A stretch of DNA of 64,000 nucleotides from Eledone cirrhosa (Eukaryota), in NCBI GenBank assembly GCA_964016885.1, contig OZ024743.1, positions 329,344,001 to 329,408,000 on the forward strand. Direction: 5' to 3'. Under the pieces are notes generated by a model. It ran no database searches. It saw only the letters and a list, made by a program, of their open reading frames with translations, and was not told where the DNA came from. Made by a program: the position numbers and the translations under genes. This document shows, piece after piece, positions 54,901 to 64,000 of this stretch (positions are counted from its first letter, which is position 1; each line of letters starts with the position of its first letter).

Positions 54901-55190
54901 CACTGCCACCACCACCACTGCCACCACCACCACCACCACCACCACTACCACCATCACCACCACTACCACCACAATCACCACCACCACCATCACCACCACA
55001 ACCACCACCACCACCACCACAATCACCACCACCACCACCACCATCACCACCACTACCACCACAATCACCACCACCACCACCACCATCACCACCAAAACCA
55101 CCACCACCACCATCACCACCCCCACCAACGCCCCCACCACCACCACTACCACCACAATCACCACCACCACCACCAGCACCACCACCATCA
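51940..55190. repeat. (GGT)n-derived minisatellite, followed by a (CAC)n-derived ~60-bp minisatellite
   Basis: Recurring anchors gagagggggtgatgatagtgg (to 54390) and cattatcttcacagccactctctc (54580-54850). Confidence 0.9.
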
Positions 55191-57249
55191 AGAAGGTCGA
55201 TTATGTCGACCCCATTTCTTGACTGGTACTTTATTCTATCGACTCTTGGAAGATGAAATACAAAGTTGACCTCGGCAGGATTTGAACTCAGAATGTAAAG
55301 AACTGAAAGAAAGGTCGTTGTGGTTCCATGGATAAGGAAGTCTTTCTACGGTCGTAGTTTTTCCTTCTCTTCCATCTCATTGTTTTCCTTCTTTTCATGG
55401 CTTGAACTCTTTCAAGTCTAAACTAAATTCATTCCTCTCGTCTTAATCTCTCCTTCACACCTTGTCTGGGACTTCCATAAGAAGATAAAAATAACGCTAA
55501 GCATTTGTCCGATGATCTTATGACTCTGCCATCCACCGTCCTGCGACTACTAGTAAAATTTGTTTCTACTCTTGGGTCTTGAATAATCGTCCCCTCTCCC
55601 ACTTAATTTTTTAGATTACCCATTAAACTTTGTTAATCTATCTCCGGCGAAATTTTAATTGAAGTTGTAGCTTTCCTGCGACAATTAATTTTCTTTATAA
55701 GTTGAAGACATTACACATCACAAAAAACGTACATTATTAGACATCCCATACGTTATAAAATAAATAGGGTGGGTTGGGGTCTCAGTATGTAAACTAAACG
55801 ACTAAATCTGTTGTTTTTTTAAATCAACGTAGATATCCTAGAAATGTTTCCTACCCATACCCCACTGCGCTTATTCCAATACCTTGCTTATTCCACCACC
55901 ACCACCACTACCCTATTATTGGGGACACGAGAGTACTTTTTGCACAAAACCAGCAAATTTTTGAAAAGTGCAAAATTGATTAAATCAACTCCAGTATTTG
56001 ACAGGTGTTTTATTTTATCGACTTCTAAGGTAACCACGGTAAAATGTTGAGCCCAGAACATAAAGGAAACGTAACTGAATATTACAAGATTGTGGCTGAG
56101 TTTTATCCAGACACATAACGTAATTTTAGAAAGAATCAACTTCATACAGTGTTTGAGCTTGCTAGACATTCCAATTCCGGGTACAATCCATCCGACAAGT
56201 TCTATTTATCCAGTTACACTCACAAGTTTTAGGTCGACCCGAGCATATGATAAAAATTAATAACCGAAGATCCACATAGTAGGATTGAATCCGGTGTCTT
56301 ATATGGGTAAATTGAACTTTTTAATCATCATCTGTTTTAATTTATTTTAACAGTTTTTATACCAAACCGCCTGAAGTCCATGCTGTTACGATACAAAACC
56401 ATCTTAATGTACTTATAATTACCTAAAACGTATCATTATTGTAGGTAAAAGACTTTTGCAAAGTAAATTGTATGTAAAAGTTACGATCTAAACACAAGTT
56501 TAATAATGAGAAAGTGAGGTATATTATTAAATTACTCAAAATTCTTGATTATTTTCAAAATTATTTGAAAATTATAGGCAATGTCTTTCATTAGAAATAT
56601 AGTAATAAAATGCCCAATCTTGTTTATCACAATAGATCTATGACCGTAGCCAGAAGACATAGGACAGCTGTCTAATTTTACCAGAGAAGGACGGCAAGGA
56701 CATATTCGCTATTGAATCGCTTGATAGTCAGACACATGACAATAAAAGTTTACATATTGCTTACATCTAGATTATTAATAATTAATAATGGAAAGGAAAA
56801 TACATTTAATTATGCTGATCTAATCAAGAAGATAATCCTGATTGCTACTTAATTGAATTCGGATATAATGTAACTCATTAAGCAAGTGGAAAAGAAACAG
56901 CGGATATGTGGATTCAGGCACTTCCGTTTCACATCGTTTTCCTATCACATGCATAGATAGATACATTCATATACACATACATAGGTACATCATATATAGA
57001 CATATATATATACATACATACAGAAATATAGGTACATTGACATATAAATGCATCAATATATACATACATAGACGTACCTAGGCACATACAAATATACATA
57101 CATATACACACATATAAATACATACATATTCACAAACCTGCACACGCACACGCATACGTATTCACACACACCTTCACACATATATACATATTCACACACA
57201 CCTGCACACGCACATACACACATTCATACATACATATACACATACATAC

Positions 57250-58460
57250 ATGATTTCGAGTAATGCCATCGCTTGGTATTTAAGCATGAGCATTACGGAC
57301 GTGGCTTTTTAGGCCTGTGAGGGACTTGCCTATGGCCAGCCATGCGATGCATCGCAAATAATCTCACATATCAAGCGGCGCCTGGGCTTGAAACTTTTTT
57401 AAGTGAGGAAAAGCTTTGCGGGGGCCAATCCAACTCTCTGAACATCGAATACATTTACTCAAAAAGTAGAACTGGTCTACATCTTTCGATACAAACGAAG
57501 TCGCAGGTTTTATATCATAGTGACCTTCTCCTAGATAGATGTCTTAATGAAGACAAGGCGACTCTCGCTCCACACAAAAAAAAATAATACTTTATTGGAT
57601 GGCCGTTGACTCTCTTGAGTCCCCCCCCCCCCTTGTCGGGTTTTGTTTTTCATCCCGCAGGGTGTCGAAAATCAACCTCCTCACCAAGAAGGCTCGGTGG
57701 GGTTGCCGGTTTAGTCACAGCGGACCTGACCATGCACAGGTTCTACTGTGTTACATATTACCAGTAGCATTGAAGAACGACATGACATACTTACATACAC
57801 ATACATACATACATACATACATACATACAGACATACAGACACATACATACATACATGGTGGCTGCCAACTCGTTTTCGAGTACGGCCACTACTTTATATC
57901 CATGTAGGAGAACCCCTACCGATGCGCTGAACGAGTGTGACTTTTTAGTCCAGCCAGCGACTTGAAAACTCTGGTAGAAACACTACACTTGTGACAATTA
58001 TTGACACATAGTGCTGGGCCCATGGTACCATATGACGACAAGTGCAGATAGATCTCCAGATATAAAGCAATGCCTGTGCCGTGAAGCTTTTATAGTGAGC
58101 AAAGGCACTGCACAAAGCCAGTCCCACTCTCTTAACCAATATGATATTTACCAAAAAGAAGAACAAGTCAACATCATTGGATACCATCAGAGTTGCAGGT
58201 GTTATATCAGAGTTTTCCTTCTCCTAGAATTCTGCCTTGACAAAGGCTAAGGGGTCATCTCTCCCAGTGATTTTGGATGGCCATTGACTCATAAGAGCTC
58301 CTTTGCCCTTTCACAGGTTTTGTTTTTAGTCCTGCAGGATGTCCAAAGTCACCTTCCTCACCAAGAAACCTTGGTGGGGTTGCCAGTTTAGTCGCCAACG
58401 ACCCGACCATGAGACAGGTTGTACTGGGATACATGTTACCAGTAGCACCAACTGATGACC
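57250..58460 (-). mobile_element. Two adjacent non-autonomous RTE-derived elements in (TACA)n
   Basis: 57638-57772 is homologous to 58315-58450. 57845-57890 is the reverse complement of the RTE 3' end seen at 24411-24455. Confidence 0.6.
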
Positions 58461-58704
58461 TGACATACATATATATATACATACATACATACATACATAC
58501 ATACATACATACATACATACATACATACATACATACATACACATACATACATACATACATATATATATATATACATACATACATACACACACATATATAT
58601 ATATCTATATACATACATACATATATATATATATATACATACATACATACATACATACATACATACATACATACATACATACATACATACATACATACAT
58701 ACAT

Positions 58705-58962
58705 AGCTTCATACCCATCATTATTGGTGCTACGGGTTATATACCAACCCGCTTGGACCAAAGTATGACCGAACTTGGATTTGCGGACAAAAAGCGCAGC
58801 TCCCTAATTCATAGTCTACAAATGGCTGCGATAGCTGGCACCTTCAAAATTTGCAAAACATTCTTGCGATTCAAGGGATGACAATTTCTTTTCTTTTACA
58901 ACCTTGCCACCAGGAAGGTGGCCGGTCAAAAAAATATACTCGAAATTAAGAGAAAGAGAAAA
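58705..58962 (+). mobile_element. 3' end of an R4/Dong-like RLE non-LTR retrotransposon in (TACA)n
   Basis: Frame 58705-58881 reads SFIPIIIGATGYIP...LQMAAIAGTFKICKTFL, the PIIIGAxG C-terminal motif. (TACA)n on both sides. Confidence 0.65.
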
Positions 58963-59200
58963 CATACATACATACATACATACATACATACATACATACA
59001 TACATACGTGCCTTAGTCTTTGTAAATCTATTCTAATTTAATATTCTTTTACTGGTTTGAGTTATTAGTCAATGGTCATGCTGGAGTTATTTAGGGGATC
59101 ATACCAAGCCTAGTACATATTTGATCGCTTTCTATTTGTTGAAAACCTAGATTACGGTATATGAAGAAACAGTAAACGTAAACACAGGCGTGCCCATACC

Positions 59201-59281
<81 letters not shown>

Positions 59282-59360
59282 AAGGCGGGTAAAATTCCCG
59301 AGATCCATGGACGAGTTCTCTCCAGCGGTCTCTGTCCCTTATTATTGCTGCCAAAAAAAG

Positions 59361-59394
<34 letters not shown>

Positions 59395-59398
<4 letters not shown>

Positions 59399-59795
59399 AA
59401 AACTAAGAATCAGTGATGCATCGGAAAACAGTTTATTACGTATTATAATTGTTTCTCCGGCGAACAGCTCGAGGTGCAATCTGTTTGTGGATCGAACCTG
59501 ACTCTGGAATCGCAGGATAGATATTCGAAGGGCCGGAGTCCAGCAGAAAGTGGATTTGCTTCGAAAACACTAGACTTATCTGAGGAACCTGCGAATCCAG
59601 AGTCAGGTTCGATCCACAAACATATCGCACCTCGAGCTGTTCGCCGGAGAAACATTTGTAATATGTAATAAATTGTGTTCCGATGCATCACTGAGTCTTT
59701 GTTTTCCATATTATCATTATACTCTGCTCCGAAGGAGCATAGAATGCTCAACCTGCATACCGCCTGTGGACGCATCCAAGCAACCTTACTACAAA
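59395..59795. mobile_element. Foldback element with HHR (family H) and ~85-bp tail
   Basis: 59395-59517 is inverted at 59588-59711. HHR cttat CTGAGGA A-CCTGCGAA...TTCGCCGG-A GAAA CATTTG TA atatg at 59575-59665, followed by AATAAA. Confidence 0.8.
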
Positions 59796-60505
59796 TATAT
59801 ATATAAATAAAAAGTGAAGAATATCATGGTTGACAGTACAAACAAGGATATTTATTTACAGTCTTACAATTGTTTCCATGATAGAATTGTCTATAAATTG
59901 CTAAATACTGGAGACAGTATAACTCAATTTACAATACATCTAACTTCAATCATTTCATTAGAAACTATTAAGAAATATAAAATATATGCGTAACGGTAAA
60001 CTTAAAAATTCAAATTACTACATCAATAATAGTATTAAATAAATTAATAAATAAATAAATAAAGGAAGGGGGACAGATGGAAATGAGAAAGAAAGAAAGA
60101 AAATGACGAAAGAAGGAACGAAGATATAGTTAAATGTATAACCGGCAAAGTTACGAAATCAAACTATCACATCAAAATAAATATAATATTAATAATAATA
60201 AAGAAATATATAGAAAGAGAGAGAGGGGAATATAGCATAGGCAAAGAGGAAGGATAAGAAGGAAGATGAGAAAGAAATAGATGAAGATTAAGAGGGATGA
60301 GGAAGCAGAGGGGGATAGAAATTAATCATGAATATGAGGATATGAAGAAGAGAGAAAATAAAATAAACATACCTACGAATATACATTACTATGTAAAATA
60401 GCTAGTTTCAAATGTATTATATTATAGGATAAAATTATCGAGATAAAATATGTTTAAGTGGAGAAATACAAAGACAAATGGTGAAAGGTGTATATATATG
60501 ATAAT

Positions 60506-60679
60506 TGTTTCTACTTTAGGCACAAGGCCAGCAATTACCCAGTACATTACTGGTACTTTATTTTATCGACCCCGTAAGGATGAAAGGCAAAGTTAACCTC
60601 GGCGGGATTTGAACTCAGACTGTAAAGGGACGTAACTATGCTAGAAAGCATGGCGTCCAACCCTCTACCGATATTGCCA
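60506..60679 (-). mobile_element. SINE inserted in the left arm, with a 10-bp TSD
   Basis: atatgataat at 60496-60505 and 60680-60689. The empty site is visible in the right arm at ~61625-61645. Confidence 0.88.
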
Positions 60680-60836
60680 ATATGATAATAAATGATGTAA
60701 ATACAAATAAAAATTAAAATAATGATGTTAATACAAATGTGTTTAGGTTATTCTTACGAAATTATGAAGTTCGTGATAATTTGATATCGTAATAGGTGCT
60801 AAAAGTATAAAAAGGAATAAGGAGTAGAAAATGGAG

Positions 60837-61263
60837 TTAAGTTGGTCTAAAGTTCAGTAACTTCGTTGCTGATTTATGCCGGCAAAAGATAGTTCGCTCA
60901 ATTCTGCTGTTAAGAAGGGTTTTACTAAAATTAAGAATTTGGGAGAGCTCCATATTACAGAGCCTACAATGGGACATAGCAGTTTGATAGGCCTTAGCAG
61001 CTGACAGTATTTTCCAGCTGATCTCGTATTTAATGCCTGCATTCTTGAGTTGCCATATTTTATTGGCAAGTGTTGTTGTATTTGATTGATTCTTATTAAT
61101 CATAGAATGTCTGTGCACGTACCACCGTTTTTTGAAAACACCAGCTGTGGAACCAATGTAATACCATGTCAAGCTACCTGAGTTGATAGTACACAAGTAT
61201 ACTACGTTTTTCTCAAGGCATCTGTTTAGTAGAGGGCAATTGTCCGGTAAGTGGCAATTGCAT
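60837..61263 (-). CDS. Penelope GIY-YIG endonuclease domain (partial)
   Basis: CNCHLPDNCPLLNRCLEKNVVYLC...YIGSTAGVFKKRW...CRLCNME...LLNSR...CRH. Confidence 0.88.
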
Positions 61264-62192
61264 AGAAATGCTTTTCTACTATATGATTTTGAAGATTGTT
61301 ATGTATTGGCTGCGAATTAGAAAATACTGTCAACTGCTATGTCCCATTGAAGGCTCTGTAATATGGAGCTCTTCCAAATTCTTAATTTTAGTAAAATCCT
61401 TCTTACCAGCAGAATTGAGCGAACTATCTTGTGACGGCATAAATCAGCAACGAAGTTCCTGAACTTTAGACCAACTTAACTCCATTTTCTACTCCTTATT
61501 CCTTTTTATACTTTTAGCACCTATTACGATATCATATTATCACAAACTTCATCATTACGTAAGAATAACCTAAAAACATTTGTATTAACATCATTATTTT
61601 TATTTTTATTTGTATTTACATCATTTATTATCATATATATACACCTTTCACCATTTGTCTTTGTATTTCTCCACTTAAACATATTTAATCTCGATCATTT
61701 TATCCTATAATATAATACATTTGAAACTAGCTATTTTACATAGTAATGTATATTCGTCCGTATGTTTATTTTCTCTCTTCTTCATATCCCCATATTCATG
61801 ATTAATTTCTATCCCCTCTGCTTCCTCATCTCTCTTAATCTTCCTCTATTTCTTTCTCATCTTCCTTCTTATCCTTCCTCTTTGCCTATGCTATATCCCC
61901 CCTTCTCTCTTTCTATATATTTCTTTATTATTATTAATATTATATTTATTTTGATGTGATAGTTTGATTTCGTAACTTTGCCGGTTATACATTTAACTAG
62001 ATCTTCGTTCCTTCTTTCGTCATTTTCTTTCTTTCCATCTCATTTCCATCTGTCACCCTTCCTTTATTTATTTATTTATTTATTTATTTTTTTATTTATT
62101 TATTTATTTATTTATTTATCATTAATACTATTATTGATGTAGTAATTTGAATCTTTAAGTTTACCGTTACGCATATATTTTATATTTCTTAA

Positions 62193-62301
62193 TAGTTTCT
62201 GATGAAATGATTGAAGTTAGATGTTTTTTAAATTGAGTTATACTGTCTCCAGTATTTAGCAATTTATAGACAATTCTATCATGGAAACAATTGTAAGACT
62301 G
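62193..62301 (+). ncRNA. Type-I hammerhead with ~78-nt helix II
   Basis: tagttt CTGATGA A-ATGATTGAA..TAAATTG..ATACTG tctc CAGTAT..CAATTTA..TTCTATCAT-G GAAA CAATTG TA agactg, followed by AATAAA. Confidence 0.82.
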
Positions 62302-62522
62302 TAAATAAATATCCTTGTTTGTACTGTCAACCATGTTATTCTTCACTTTTTTATTACTCCAACATATATTTACATAGGAATACAAGCGAAGTCATAAAAT
62401 CGTCACCATCGTAAACCTCTTGTTGAGTCACACAGCACCGTATGCTTAAACTGTCCATGATAAGTAGTTTTCACAGACTCTTATCGGATTACCTTTAACG
62501 ATTTATTGATATATATATATAT

Positions 62523-63046
62523 ACTATGATATTAAATAAATGGAAACTATATTTATAAAACCATATTTATTCTAATATATATATTTCAAGGGTACCAAAA
62601 CTTTGGTACGCTTTCATCAGATAAAATACAAAGTTTGTTTTATAAATGTTGACATAACCAAGAAAAGATACCTTAACGGTTCAAGTTTTTCTTGACTATC
62701 CAAGAAAAACTTGAACCGTTAAGTAGAAGGGGGTGTTTAATTTGTTGGAAATCCGACAAATATAAATATAAGTGTTTATAACTGATCCCTCATAACTCAT
62801 TTGAACAAATATCTATAACATGATATACCCATCTATTTATTTATTTATTTATCTACTTATAAACGAATGAAAAATATTATATTATAAACAAATTTTAAAC
62901 AATTAATATAAATACACATAATATTAAGATATATATTTACATATAAACATATGTAATTGTCCGAATATATTTCCCTCAAATTAACGTTATATGAGTTTTT
63001 TTTATTCATCTTCGGTCTTTTCCTTCTTCTCTCTCTCTCTCTCCCC

Positions 63047-63122
<76 letters not shown>

Positions 63123-63432
63123 ACTATTTTGTCCTTCTTCTCTTCTCTGTTCTTTCTCTCCATAGTCGTTTAAATAAACGGTTGTTTTTCAATTATTTAC
63201 ATATTCATTTGCATATTCACCCATAAGTTTGAAAAATCCCTAATACAATTCCACTATCCAGAGAATATCCAACTCATAAGGTATGATTTTCCTGGGTATG
63301 TCTCAATTTATAAAACAAATTTTGTATTTTATCTGAAGAAAGCGTACTAAAGTCATTTGGTACCCTTGAAATATATATAATAAAATAAATATGGTTTTAT
63401 AAATATAGTTTCCATTTATTTAATATCATTGT
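62523..63432. mobile_element. Family A composite with outward-facing inverted pLTRs, each with an HHR
   Basis: HHRs at 62568-62628(-) and 63325-63387(+). Hairpin at 62672-62723. TA flanks. Confidence 0.85.
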
Positions 63433-63527
63433 ATATATATATATATATATGAAAAACAAGATGGCGTAGGACAGATGGCGTAGGACAGAACAAAGGAGAG
63501 GCACAAAAACAAAGAAAAGAATCCCCA

Positions 63528-63570
63528 GTCACTGAAGAGGTCACATAATGTGTGACGAAAGAACTTTGAC
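63528..63570 (+). ncRNA. Minimal type-I hammerhead in a solo pLTR related to the 36641-38268 element
   Basis: gtca CTGAAGA G GTCACA taatg TGTGAC GAAA GAAC TT tgac. The insert at 63450-63722 ends atgaccctcccaaagcataacaata, like 38245-38268. Confidence 0.8.
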
Positions 63571-63717
63571 AATATATGAACAATCGTTTGGTTATGGAAC
63601 CAACCAACCAACCGGAAATTTATAAATTCTTAAATTTATAAATTTAATTTATAATAAATTGGAGTGAAAGCACTGGTGCGTGTGTTTCTTATTGGCAACA
63701 TGACCCTCCCAAAGCAT

Positions 63718-63761
<44 letters not shown>

Positions 63762-64000
63762 AGGAGTTGACGGATTCCAGCATATTTATCAATGCCAGGT
63801 ACCGGTTGTATCTCAGTGTACTCCATGGTCAATATAAGATACATTCCCAGAGTATACACATAGTTATTTGCTTCAACACTAGACAATGTTATGTTCGTTT
63901 AAAGTTAACAAGTTTTACAGACAGATTTCGTTTCTGTTTTTTTTTCTTTTTAATTCAAGAAAGAAGACAAGAAAGAAGGCAGCTAATACATAAATAAATA

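Larger units (their letters stand above)
59808..62510. mobile_element. Penelope/Poseidon-like element with ~1-kb inverted arms
   Basis: 59808-61013 is mirrored by 61320-62352. GIY-YIG ORF on the left arm. HHR at 62193-62301(+), a G5A-mutated copy at 59859-59967(-), and a right-hand tail to 62510. Confidence 0.92.

Noticed and set aside
54514-55269. His-rich 234-aa protein
   Set aside because: (CAC)n minisatellite running into a SINE, with no splice or homology evidence.

Overview
Gene-free, extremely repeat-rich animal genomic DNA. The SINE, RTE and microsatellite content resembles an octopus or other coleoid cephalopod, which is an inference. I found no host protein-coding exon I can support, and most listed ORFs are microsatellite artefacts. 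Real coding remnants are all from transposons: three RTE-type LINEs, a CRE-like RT, an R4/Dong-like 3' end, a Chapaev3-like DNA transposon and five Penelope-like (GIY-YIG) retroelement fragments. The main signal is a dense population of short elements inserted into (TA)n microsatellites. By manual folding these carry about 30 type-I hammerhead ribozyme (HHR) motifs from roughly 15 sequence families, about one per 2 kb. Several are non-coding head-to-tail repeats with one HHR per unit (432, ~536 and 591 nt) plus an inverted terminal copy, i.e. retrozyme-like non-autonomous Penelope derivatives predicted to release monomer or circular RNAs. Some HHRs have unusual cores (compensatory U3-A8, and an A4 variant in two copies) or long branched helix II inserts. 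Independent insertions of the same family share identical asymmetric ends. All ribozyme calls are by-eye folds, and coordinates may be off by a few bases.
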